A stretch of DNA of 44,198 bases from a virus (lineage: Duplodnaviria > Caudoviricetes): IMG/VR virus record IMGVR_UViG_3300024331_000257, positions 1 through 44,198 of that record; one strand, written 5' to 3'. Below, in pieces: positions 18,767 through 26,698 of the stretch. The notes under the pieces were generated by a model that was given only the letters and a program-made list of their open reading frames with translations, did not search any database and was not told the DNA's origin. The translations under genes were made by a program, and so were the position numbers. Every line of letters begins with the position of its first letter. The first letter of the stretch is position 1.

Positions 18767-18813
18767 AAAAAAGCAAAAAGGGGCCGTGAACGGATTGCTC
18801 CGTCCACGGCCCC
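18767..18813 (-). terminator. Intrinsic terminator directly upstream of the protease-capsid operon
   Basis: Minus strand reads GGGGCCGTGGACGGA-GCAA-TCCGTTCACGGCCCC-TTTTTGCTTTTTT. Confidence 0.75.
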
Positions 18814-19125
18814 TTGGTTCTGCTTACGGCGGGCGCGTCACCGGCGCCTCGCACTAACCCTTGGCCCTACTGGCTCAAATTCGTCAGTCTCAACATTGCA
18901 GGATCCGTGGTGCGTAGACGAGGAACTAGGCGCATCCAGTGGCCCACTGGATGACACCATTGCGAGGTCGTGCGCGCCGGATTCTGGAGGCCGCCGAACC
19001 TGCGGCCAGTCGCATAGTTAGTGGTGATCGGCGCAGGCTTCGCGGCGCCGTTTCGGTGGCGGCGTCTTACGCGCGTAGGCGCATATTTCAGGTGAGCGGG
19101 ATAACTATGGCATACTTATCCGCAG

Positions 19126-19404
19126 ATGGGCCGCCATCGCTACATTCCGCGCGCCAAGCGCTCCGGCTGGGAAGGGCTCGACCCTGAGGCGAAGCGCTCC
19201 TTGACGGCGGATCTGTTTCGCGGTGGGCGGGACGACGGCGCTGTGAGCCCCATGGACGATGAGCTGCGCGATCTGGGAACCGCCGCGGCCAACGCGCTCA
19301 CGCCCCTTGCGGCAGAACTCAGGGCGCGCGGCTACCAGGAATTCGTGATCAACGTCCTGGGCGGTCGCTTCGTCTGGAAGCCGCCGGCTAGCATCGACGA
19401 TTGA
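19126..19404 (+). CDS. Small hypothetical protein (one of the few plus-strand genes)
   Basis: 92-aa ORF in a region with no minus-strand gene; start position uncertain. Confidence 0.45.
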   Translation: MGRHRYIPRAKRSGWEGLDPEAKRSLTADLFRGGRDDGAVSPMDDELRDLGTAAANALTPLAAELRARGYQEFVINVLGGRFVWKPPASIDD

Positions 19405-19430
19405 CAGGAAGCCGGAGTCACCCGCGAGGG

Positions 19431-19460
19431 GGCGCTATCTAGCGCTACGTGGCGCTACCT
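19431..19460. repeat. Three tandem 10-bp repeats
   Basis: GGCGCTATCT / AGCGCTACGT / GGCGCTACCT, intergenic. Confidence 0.6.
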
Positions 19461-19629
19461 GAACGGAGATTAGGGCCGCCGATCTACGGGCGCGCCGAAC
19501 GGAATGATCACGCAGAACAGGAGGATGCTCATGGGGGCGGGACGCCTGGCGCCTAGCGAGTCAATCGTGTGACAACATCGCTGACAGGCGACCACGTACC
19601 CACCACGGCGCCTCGTGCGCAGAGGACTG

Positions 19630-19956
19630 CTACCGAATGTTCGTTGCGAGCGCCTCTGCGCTGGTGCAGCACTGGCTGTAACAATCGCGGCTGTGCGGGC
19701 CAGCGTTTCGCTTCGGGTTCCAGCCGCAGTACATGCAGTCTCCACCTACCCTGATGAACCAGTCCAGCTGGCACTTGACTGCAACCGTCATGGACCCCGC
19801 TCCGCAGCATGCGCAGGATAGGCGGCGCTGCTCGCTGACAACCTCAACGGCGGTGAAATGTTCCTTGAGCGCAGCGAGCACTGCATTCAGTGTGGCGGTC
19901 TGCGTGAAGTCAGGGAGATCAAGGTCGAGATGGACGGAGAGACGTTTAATCGACAT
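19630..19956 (-). CDS. Cys-rich hypothetical protein
   Basis: MSIKRLSV... with CACCG, CMYCG and C...CC motifs. Confidence 0.5.
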   Translation of the reverse strand: MSIKRLSVHLDLDLPDFTQTATLNAVLAALKEHFTAVEVVSEQRRLSCACCGAGSMTVAVKCQLDWFIRVGGDCMYCGWNPKRNAGPHSRDCYSQCCTSAEALATNIR

Positions 19957-19966
19957 CGGGGCGCGC

Positions 19967-20395
19967 CTATATGGAGCGTTCAAGGGCGACGATCAATTCC
20001 TCGCGCGTGCACTCGCCCATCGGCACGAGGCCCCGCTGCGTAACGACAAGGTTCCGGCTGCTGACGAGAGGGCGGGCAACGCCCAGGCGCACGTCCTGAA
20101 CCGCGGCGAGAATGGCGTGGAGCGCTTCTCTGTCTCGATCCGTCTGTCGATTCTGGGACATCAGGATCAACGGTCCCTGGAAGGTGCTCACGACGGTGAG
20201 TACCAGGTTCAGAAAAATGTAGGGATAGGGATCAAACACGCCGATCAAGAGGCCCAGGTTCAGCGCGAGCCAGGCGACGATCAGCCCGAGAAAGACGAAG
20301 ATGAACGTCCAGGAGCCGCTGAACTCGGTCACGGCATCGGCGCAGCGTTGCGCTTTCGTGGGCACCGGCTTCTCCGCCATGGCGAAATCTGGCAT
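19967..20395 (-). CDS. DUF1003 family membrane protein
   Basis: ADAVTEFSGSWTFI...FDPYPYIFLNLVL....QGPLILMSQNRQ signature; AGGAG RBS. Confidence 0.88.
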   Translation of the reverse strand: MPDFAMAEKPVPTKAQRCADAVTEFSGSWTFIFVFLGLIVAWLALNLGLLIGVFDPYPYIFLNLVLTVVSTFQGPLILMSQNRQTDRDREALHAILAAVQDVRLGVARPLVSSRNLVVTQRGLVPMGECTREELIVALERSI

Positions 20396-20452
20396 ACGGT
20401 CTCCTATACGGGCTTGCAAGCCTACGTTGTCGACGAGAGGAGGTGAGGCGTG

Positions 20453-20524
20453 ATGGGCACGAAGAAAGCCAGCGCGAAGAAGCCGAAGGCTCCGCGCAAA
20501 CCGGCGCGCAGCAAGAAGAGCTGA
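20453..20524 (+). CDS. 23-aa Lys/Ala/Pro-rich basic peptide
   Basis: MGTKKASAKKPKAPRKPARSKKS behind a perfect AGGAGGT Shine-Dalgarno; followed by a hairpin at 20567-20593. Confidence 0.55.
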   Translation: MGTKKASAKKPKAPRKPARSKKS

Positions 20525-20619
20525 CCCGCGCGGTCGACCAAGACCCTACCTTCCAACCTTCGTCAAGAGGGCGCTCTCCGCGGGAGCGCCCTCGGACGGA
20601 TGCACCCTCCCGTACGCAT

Positions 20620-21048
20620 CTAGCCGGCCTGCTTTCCAACCCTGATCACCGTCGAGCGTGACACGCGGACGATCCGCGCGACGCGGGCGACGCTCAGGCG
20701 CACCAACAGGCGGCGGATGCGCCGATTGCGCCGGCGCCGTTCCTCGTGCGGGCGCCAGACCGGGATCCGGAGGCGTTGGCGTCCAAAGCGCCGCATCAGC
20801 CGGGCGGCCGCCCGCCGGCCGACGGTGGCGATGAGGACGGCACGGAGGGGCGCCGGCGACGAAACAAGACGAGCCGGCCGCGGCTCGGCAGAAGCTCGTT
20901 GCCGCACTGAGGACAGCCGAGCACGATCTTGCCGTCCGGCGTGAGGCGCAGGTACCGATTGCGGAGCAGGGTGCCGCCTTCCTTCGCTTCGCTGGCGACG
21001 GTGGCCTGGCAAACCGGACACTGGGTCATCAACGGTACGGGCGAGCAT
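20620..21048 (-). CDS. Mor/C-like transcription activator domain (start uncertain)
   Basis: C-terminal ~75 aa: LIATVGRRAAARLMRRFGRQRLRIP...RNRRIR....SVARVARIVRVSRSTVIRV (Mor pattern plus HTH). Confidence 0.6.
   Translation of the reverse strand: MLARTVDDPVSGLPGHRRQRSEGRRHPAPQSVPAPHAGRQDRARLSSVRQRASAEPRPARLVSSPAPLRAVLIATVGRRAAARLMRRFGRQRLRIPVWRPHEERRRRNRRIRRLLVRLSVARVARIVRVSRSTVIRVGKQAG
20796..21029 (-). CDS. Zinc-ribbon protein
   Basis: CPVC...CPQC motif. Confidence 0.55.
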   Translation of the reverse strand: MTQCPVCQATVASEAKEGGTLLRNRYLRLTPDGKIVLGCPQCGNELLPSRGRLVLFRRRRPSVPSSSPPSAGGRPPG

Positions 21049-21060
21049 GAAGGCTGCCGC

Positions 21061-21435
21061 TCATGGGCCGCTCATGGGGTGGTGTCCCCACAGGCTGGCG
21101 AACCACCCGAAGGCGCCACCGATGATGGCGCTGGCCACGGCGGTGGCGAACCGCCAGATGTGCTTGCGTTCGGCGTGCGCTGACGCCGTCAGTGTTCTCC
21201 GCCAGATCTTCAAGTCATCGAGCTCGAGTCGCATCTTCACCAGGTCGATCTGCATCTCCTGCCGGGTACGTCCGAAGCTCTCGGAGCTCAGCTCCAACTG
21301 CTCGACCGCCTTCTCGAGGGCGCCCAGGAGCCGTTCCTGCTGGGCAGTCCCCGCCGCGCGCTCGCGTAGTCGTTCGCCTTGGGTGCGCAAGACTTCCTCG
21401 ACCGCGCGCGCGACTTCCTCAGCGGCGTTCGCCAT
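21061..21435 (-). CDS. Coiled-coil protein with C-terminal TM helix (possible holin-like)
   Basis: Heptad region followed by WRFATAVASAIIGGAFGWFASLW. Confidence 0.55.
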   Translation of the reverse strand: MANAAEEVARAVEEVLRTQGERLRERAAGTAQQERLLGALEKAVEQLELSSESFGRTRQEMQIDLVKMRLELDDLKIWRRTLTASAHAERKHIWRFATAVASAIIGGAFGWFASLWGHHPMSGP

Positions 21436-21622
21436 CGGGAGCGCCTTCCGCGTCGCCGCCGAGGACGACACTCACCCGCAGGATGCGCCATGCGATCGAC
21501 TCGATCTTTGCGTTCAGGGTGTTCTGAAGCTGCTGGTCCTCCTCGAGGGCCGCGGTGAACTCCTCCGCCGCCGTCATCAGCTCGCTGGCCGCCTGGTCGA
21601 CGCTGTCATCTTTCTTCGGCAT
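21419..21622 (-). CDS. Small acidic helical protein
   Basis: MPKKDDSVDQAASEL...; overlaps both neighbours. Confidence 0.5.
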   Translation of the reverse strand: MPKKDDSVDQAASELMTAAEEFTAALEEDQQLQNTLNAKIESIAWRILRVSVVLGGDAEGAPDGERR

Positions 21623-22262
21623 CGTCGTGTTGTCGCGGCTCGGTCTCCGGTTCTGACCGCACGCCGCCCAGGGCTTGGCTGTAGCGCTCTTGGAAGCGGC
21701 GCAAACCGCGGAGCGCCCGCACTTCATTGGGGACCGCCGTGCCAGCGGCGACCCGGTCACGCAGCACGCGCAGCGCTTCGTAGATCGGCTCGGGTGTGGG
21801 GACATCGCGGAGCTGACGCACGAAGCGCAGGAACAAGAGGGCGAACGGGACCGACACCGAGGCCGTCACCAGCTTCTGGAGCGCCTGCAGCCAGTACCGC
21901 GGCCAATAGACCATCATGGGTTCGATGATGTGGCCCACGCCGCACGAAAAGATGAAGGCGGCCGCCAGGATCAGCAGGCTCGCGCTCCCGGCCGGCAGGT
22001 TGCGTTGCCAGAGACCCATCAGTACGCAGCCGATCGGAATCGCGAAGTAGGCCGCCGCGATCGCCAGGTCGCCGCTCCGGTGCGCCCAGATGAGTCCGAG
22101 GCTCCACCGATAACAGTGGCCATGGGCGATCAGGCCGCTCGAAAAGGGTTCGACGTCAAAGGCGATCGCGAGCCCAAGCAGAATGAGGATGGCGCAGTTG
22201 AGGAAGATGACCGCGGTGCCGAAGGCAATCCCGCCACCGTTACTCAGTCGAATCCGAGGCAT
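21606..22262 (-). CDS. Stand-alone ethylene-receptor-type (ETR1/Slr1212) membrane sensor domain protein
   Basis: HGHCY.W...SGDLAIAAAYFAIP...FIFSCGVGH...YWL....KLVTASVS; no GAF or kinase domain follows. Confidence 0.82.
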   Translation of the reverse strand: MPRIRLSNGGGIAFGTAVIFLNCAILILLGLAIAFDVEPFSSGLIAHGHCYRWSLGLIWAHRSGDLAIAAAYFAIPIGCVLMGLWQRNLPAGSASLLILAAAFIFSCGVGHIIEPMMVYWPRYWLQALQKLVTASVSVPFALLFLRFVRQLRDVPTPEPIYEALRVLRDRVAAGTAVPNEVRALRGLRRFQERYSQALGGVRSEPETEPRQHDDAEER

Positions 22263-22317
22263 CGATTTATCAAGGCTCCTTGTCGTAACCCCCCGTGCGA
22301 TATTCTTGTTGCCCAGG

Positions 22318-22689
22318 CTATCGGGTCCGATCGCCGCGGAACGCCTTCCACCCGCCGAAGTGGACGCCCTCGTAGATCAGCGTCGCCTGCGTCTCGTCCA
22401 CGTAGAGCGCCTGCATGGCTTCCAGGAGGATCGTGTCGCACTCTTCCTTGAGGCGCGCGGTGTCGCGGTACAGGTAGTCGTGGAGCACGGTCGCGAGCCA
22501 GTACGTCCCGAAGGGCGCCAGGCCCGTTGACCATAAGGCCTCCGGAATGCTCGCCCCGTCGCTCTGCGTACCGGCCGGTACCGTGATCACATCCCCGCTC
22601 GGCCGGGTGAACGTGAAGGGCTCCAGGGTGACAACCCGCAGCCCATCGGCCGTCCGCACCGCGATCATGGTCTTGTCGAACCCCATCAC
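22318..22689 (-). CDS. DUF1353 family protein
   Basis: VPAG..SDGASIP....G.Y..A.VLHDYLY....CD.ILLEAM signature. Confidence 0.88.
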   Translation of the reverse strand: MMGFDKTMIAVRTADGLRVVTLEPFTFTRPSGDVITVPAGTQSDGASIPEALWSTGLAPFGTYWLATVLHDYLYRDTARLKEECDTILLEAMQALYVDETQATLIYEGVHFGGWKAFRGDRTR

Positions 22690-22718
22690 CGGGTGTCCTC
22701 ACGCGCAGCGGCGCGACA

Positions 22719-23789
22719 TCAGTGAAAGATCCCGGGCACGACTAGATCGCTGCCGCGCCGGAACGCTGGCACTGGTGTATCGGCTGACGCGTTCGGGCGG
22801 AACTTGAGCAGCGCCAGCGGATTGGTCATGCACGCCACGACGATGCTGCCATCGGGGAGCGCCACCGCTTCGTTGGGGTTGCGCACGGGCAGCGTGTACG
22901 GACGCATCGCGGTCGGCACCGGGTTCGCGGGGTCGATGAGCTGAATGATGCCCGGGTCCGCTGCCAACACCTGCAGGAGGAGGCCGCCGACGTTGAAGAG
23001 CCCCCAGCACGCGCCGGTGGTCACCGCGGTCGGGATCCGGCTGAGCGTCATGTCGGCGCCCCATTTGAAGACGTCCTGCGACGTCTCCACGCCCGTCCAG
23101 GTGTCGGTGCCGACGAAGGCCAAATCGTCGCTGGCATTCAAGCAGCCGTCCGGAAACGGAGAGGACACGTAATCGAGCGACGCCGGGTCGATCTCGATGA
23201 ACTGAGAGGGCACGCTGTCGACAATCGCGGTCGCCGACAGCCGCCCCGTTGCCGGGTTGAAGTCGAGAGCGTTGCCACGGGTGAGGCCCATCAGGTCGCG
23301 CGTTGCCACGCGCCGGAAGGTCGTTGGATCGTACTTGGCAAGCCGGCTGAACTCGGCCGGGCCGCCCATGCCGCTGCCGTAGGGCAGCACAAAGAGCGAC
23401 GTGCCATCGGTGGCGTTCGCCGGGCCCGGACCCTCATTCACCAGGTCCGGATCGACGAGGACCTCGCGGGCCAGCAAGCTCACCGGATCCACTTCGACCA
23501 CCCGCGCCATGGAGCTCTGGCACGTCACGTAGAGCTTGCCGTTGATGACGCAGATGTCGTAGCCGATCATGTCCGACTGCGGCAGTGGGACCAGCTGGTT
23601 CTTGCTGAGGTCCATGGGATCCGCCACGACCAGCGCCGTCCGCTGCGTGCACGCCCAGAGCTTGCCGAAGGCGTAGGTGAGCGCCCGGCAGAACGCAGCG
23701 CCGGGCACGGTGACGAGCTGATCGTACTGGAGTGGCGGCGGCGCCGCCGCGAGGGCCGCCGCGGTGGCTTGCTTCAAGTTGGGCGGCAT
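22719..23789 (-). CDS. Beta-propeller repeat protein
   Basis: Repeated blade motifs: GKLW, GKLYV..V.EVDP, GTSLFV..AKYDP, IEIDP, IQLIDP. Confidence 0.65.
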   Translation of the reverse strand: MPPNLKQATAAALAAAPPPLQYDQLVTVPGAAFCRALTYAFGKLWACTQRTALVVADPMDLSKNQLVPLPQSDMIGYDICVINGKLYVTCQSSMARVVEVDPVSLLAREVLVDPDLVNEGPGPANATDGTSLFVLPYGSGMGGPAEFSRLAKYDPTTFRRVATRDLMGLTRGNALDFNPATGRLSATAIVDSVPSQFIEIDPASLDYVSSPFPDGCLNASDDLAFVGTDTWTGVETSQDVFKWGADMTLSRIPTAVTTGACWGLFNVGGLLLQVLAADPGIIQLIDPANPVPTAMRPYTLPVRNPNEAVALPDGSIVVACMTNPLALLKFRPNASADTPVPAFRRGSDLVVPGIFH

Positions 23790-23794
23790 GGCGG

Positions 23795-24076
23795 TCAGCT
23801 CCAGAGTTCGACTTCGGCGACCGTCGCCGTGCCGGCCGCGAGGTAGAGCGTGCGGTTGCGGTTGTTGATCAGTCCGCGGTGGTAGGGCTTTCCGGTGCCC
23901 ACCTGCGGCGCACTGAAGTAGAGGCCGCCGGCGATGTGCCCAGCGCTGTAGGCGAGCTTGACCGTCCCGTCGCGCCCCTGCACGGTAATGGCCCCGATGC
24001 CCAGGGGGATGACGAGGGTGTTTTCTGGATTCGTCAGCGCCACGGTGCGCTGTTCAACATGCGTGAATCGAGTCAC
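23795..24076 (-). CDS. Small beta-rich hypothetical protein
   Basis: 93 aa; AGGAG RBS before the GTG start. Confidence 0.6.
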   Translation of the reverse strand: MTRFTHVEQRTVALTNPENTLVIPLGIGAITVQGRDGTVKLAYSAGHIAGGLYFSAPQVGTGKPYHRGLINNRNRTLYLAAGTATVAEVELWS

Positions 24077-24151
24077 GGCGTGTGTCTCCTGACCTGCCGC
24101 GTCCGGTGTGTCGCGAGGCCTGAATTTCCGGCAACCAATGGTGGAAGTCTC

Positions 24152-24215
24152 CCGAGGCGAGGGCTCGAGCGGGCACGCGTGGTTACCGGACCGGCGCGTC
24201 CCGCCCTCGCCTCGG
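24152..24215. promoter_or_regulatory. Long intergenic stem-loop
   Basis: Perfect 13-bp stem CCGAGGCGAGGGC/GCCCTCGCCTCGG enclosing further pairing (GGG..CGCG/CGCG.CCC). Confidence 0.55.
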
Positions 24216-24227
24216 AAGGTGGTTAGA

Positions 24228-24629
24228 TCACAGGGGCGGCTGCGCCTTCGCGCGTGAGACCACGTACTGCGTGAAGCCCTGGATCGCGATCGCCGACAGC
24301 GCCGGCGGGACCCAGCTGTAAGCCAGCACGAAGACCAGGACGTTGGCGACCACGAAGACGACGAGGATCCCCTTCAGCAGCGAGCGGGAATCGAGCGCCA
24401 TGGCGAAGCCCCAGCTCGCCGAGAGCATCGTGTCGAGCACCGCCGGCATGTCCCAGGCCGCCCGGATCCAGTACCCGACGATGGCCGCCAGCACGACCAT
24501 GGCGGTGAGGAGCCCGCTGATCGTCCCGGGTGGGATCCCGTACTGCGGCTGGGTCGGGTCGTACCATGCCATGATGCCCGCCCACCGGGACGGTGATTCC
24601 TGGGGCGGTGGTTCCTGGCCCTCTGCCAT
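24228..24629 (-). CDS. Multi-pass small membrane protein (holin candidate)
   Basis: 133 aa with 3-4 hydrophobic helices. Confidence 0.6.
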   Translation of the reverse strand: MAEGQEPPPQESPSRWAGIMAWYDPTQPQYGIPPGTISGLLTAMVVLAAIVGYWIRAAWDMPAVLDTMLSASWGFAMALDSRSLLKGILVVFVVANVLVFVLAYSWVPPALSAIAIQGFTQYVVSRAKAQPPL

Positions 24630-24653
24630 GCTGCGTCTTTCTGGTCCCCTCGG

Positions 24654-24992
24654 TCATGTGCCGGCACCGGTTGCCTTGGCCAATCTCGGCAAGAAGAGCG
24701 TCAGGCGCGGGCGTGGGGCCGCCTTGCTCAGTTCACCATTCAGCTGGTAGTTCCGGCCGCACCGGTGGCACTTGACGGTTTCGAAGTCCGGCGGCTGCAG
24801 GCCGACGTCGTCGTCTCCGCAGTACGGACAATTGGGCAGCGTGTCGTGCCCCCCGTTGGCCTTGCGTAATCCGGCTTGTTGCCATACCTTCTCGGCATGC
24901 GCGCGTACCCGATCGAGGAAGAGCGGATCTTCACAGACCGCCTCCCGCCGGGCACTGGAACTGGGCCGGACGAAGAGCCGGGCTATGGCCAT
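24654..24992 (-). CDS. Zinc-ribbon protein with LxKA motifs
   Basis: MAIARLFV...; CPYC...CHRC motif; LRKA, LSKA and LAKA. Confidence 0.6.
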   Translation of the reverse strand: MAIARLFVRPSSSARREAVCEDPLFLDRVRAHAEKVWQQAGLRKANGGHDTLPNCPYCGDDDVGLQPPDFETVKCHRCGRNYQLNGELSKAAPRPRLTLFLPRLAKATGAGT

Positions 24993-26698
24993 TCCACCGA
25001 TCCGTCGTCCCCGGCCGAGCGGAAGCGTCCTTCTTCGCCGACCGAAACCGTGTCCAAGTAGCGAATTCCCGCGTCCATCATGGGCGCGCTGAGCGCGTGG
25101 TGGAGGCGATCCACGCCGCTCGTCCACTCCGGACCATCCTTCCCCGCAACTACGACTACAGAGGCCGCACTGGAGGCGATGGCGAGCTTTACCACTTCGG
25201 CGACGGTCGTCGCGTCGATCTGATCGTGCGCCACCGGGTAGACGCCCATGAGGACGTTCTTGTTGTCGTTGACCAGGAGGAGCGCGACCTTGTCGCCGGG
25301 GTCGAGGAGCTGCGCGCCGATCCGGGCGACCGATGCGCTGTACTGAATGGGCTCCTCCGTCCATTCAGACCACAACGGACTGATGCCTGATGCCTCGGGG
25401 CGGATCCGTCCTTCGACAGTCGACAATTCGCGGCCCGCGGCGGCCTCGGTTTCGGCCCACTCGTGCCGGTCGCTGACGCTCCCATCGCTGGCGATCGCCA
25501 CATAGCCCTGCCGCCCGACCACCACATGATCCAGCACCGGCACGCCCACGAGGTCGGCGACGCGTTTCAGCTGGGCGGTGATCTGCAGGTCTTCGCGGCT
25601 GGGACGCGGATCTCCGGAGGGATGGTTGTGAATGAAGGCGAGGGCGGCTGTGCCGATCTTCAGCGCGTTCTTGAAGACCTCGCGCGGGTGCACAATGGAC
25701 GCCGACAGCGAGCCCTGGCTCACGATCTCCACGGCTAACGGCTGCCCGGACTGCTTCAGGTGCAGCAGCCAGAATCGTTCGCGGTCGAGATCGGTCACGT
25801 TACGGAACACCGCCGCGGTGTCGGCGGCGGTCGCGATCGCCGTGCCGGCGAAGAGCCCGGATTTTCGGCGGGTGACACGCGCGACATGCACGCGGGACGT
25901 CGCATGCGTAAATGCCGTGCTGCCTTCCGGCGCTTCACCGTAGCGGATGTGGCCCGTGCTGGTGACGTACCAACGGCCGCCGCGGCTACCGAGCTTGCGG
26001 ACCTCGCGCCGCTCGGCCTTGACGAGCACGCGGCGCAGATGGCCGACGAGACGGCGAAACAACCCCGGCCGCACGCCACCGGCCTCGGTGTCACCACGCG
26101 GCGTACCACTCGACATTTGTTGAGTGGTACCTGACTGAGGGGTACCTAACTGAGGAGTGCCCAACCGCGCCGCCTTGAAGACCAGCCGGACGCTCGGGCG
26201 GATCGGCTTCCAGAGCTTGCCGTCGGCGAGCCACTGCTTGAACTGGTCGATGGTGAGCGCGTGGATGGCGCCCAGGCCTTGCCAGCCCGGGCTGTAGTTC
26301 GCCAGGTATAACGCCCTCGCTTGCTCTTCGGAGCGCGTGGCCAGGACCGCCTTGTGCTCATCGAACGTTTTCCCGTCGGCGCGGTGCTGATCCACGACGT
26401 AGACGAGCTCGCTGTCGAGATCCGGCCCGATGAACACGTCGACCTTGTCGCCGTCGGCCCCGTCGCGCGCCGTGTCGCCGTGCACCCGCTTGATGTAGCC
26501 GTAGTCGGCGACTAACCGCGTCTCCCAGGGCTTCCCGCCCGCGCCGATGCCGCGACGCACCGATCCCTTCGGGTTCTCGATCTTGATGTGCAGGCCGTGG
26601 AGGTACAGGTCGCCCTTCTTGTAATTGCCAGCGTCTTTTTGCGCATGTGTCGGATCAGTGTCCGTCGCCGCGCGCGCGCGGTGCAGGGCGAGCCTCAC
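24983..26698 (-). CDS. Polyvalent protein: InPase-like domain + JAB/RadC (MPN) domain + degenerate second JAB
   Basis: PT.AQK.AGNYKKG...IENPKGS.R.G...YGY...GADGD.VDVF...DEHK (InPase). E...VHPREVF...HNHPSGDPRPSRED...LDHVVVG (JAB). The second copy lacks HxH. Confidence 0.85.
   Translation of the reverse strand: MRLALHRARAATDTDPTHAQKDAGNYKKGDLYLHGLHIKIENPKGSVRRGIGAGGKPWETRLVADYGYIKRVHGDTARDGADGDKVDVFIGPDLDSELVYVVDQHRADGKTFDEHKAVLATRSEEQARALYLANYSPGWQGLGAIHALTIDQFKQWLADGKLWKPIRPSVRLVFKAARLGTPQLGTPQSGTTQQMSSGTPRGDTEAGGVRPGLFRRLVGHLRRVLVKAERREVRKLGSRGGRWYVTSTGHIRYGEAPEGSTAFTHATSRVHVARVTRRKSGLFAGTAIATAADTAAVFRNVTDLDRERFWLLHLKQSGQPLAVEIVSQGSLSASIVHPREVFKNALKIGTAALAFIHNHPSGDPRPSREDLQITAQLKRVADLVGVPVLDHVVVGRQGYVAIASDGSVSDRHEWAETEAAAGRELSTVEGRIRPEASGISPLWSEWTEEPIQYSASVARIGAQLLDPGDKVALLLVNDNKNVLMGVYPVAHDQIDATTVAEVVKLAIASSAASVVVVAGKDGPEWTSGVDRLHHALSAPMMDAGIRYLDTVSVGEEGRFRSAGDDGSVEWP
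26103..26165. repeat. Inverted repeat plus three 15-bp direct repeats in the interdomain linker
   Basis: GTACCACTC..GAGTGGTAC; TGAGTGGTACCTGAC / TGAGGGGTACCTAAC / TGAGGAGTGCCCAAC. Confidence 0.65.

Noticed and set aside
19470-19532. Hydrophobic micro-ORF MSILLFCVIIPFGAPVDRRP as a type I toxin
   Set aside because: No convincing RBS or antisense partner.
24983-25900. Host DNA-repair radC gene marking a prophage boundary
   Set aside because: It lacks the RadC N-terminal HhH region, is fused to an InPase domain and is embedded among phage genes.
26121-26165. CRISPR-like array
   Set aside because: The repeats are 15 bp, contiguous and spacer-less, lie inside a CDS, and there are no cas genes.
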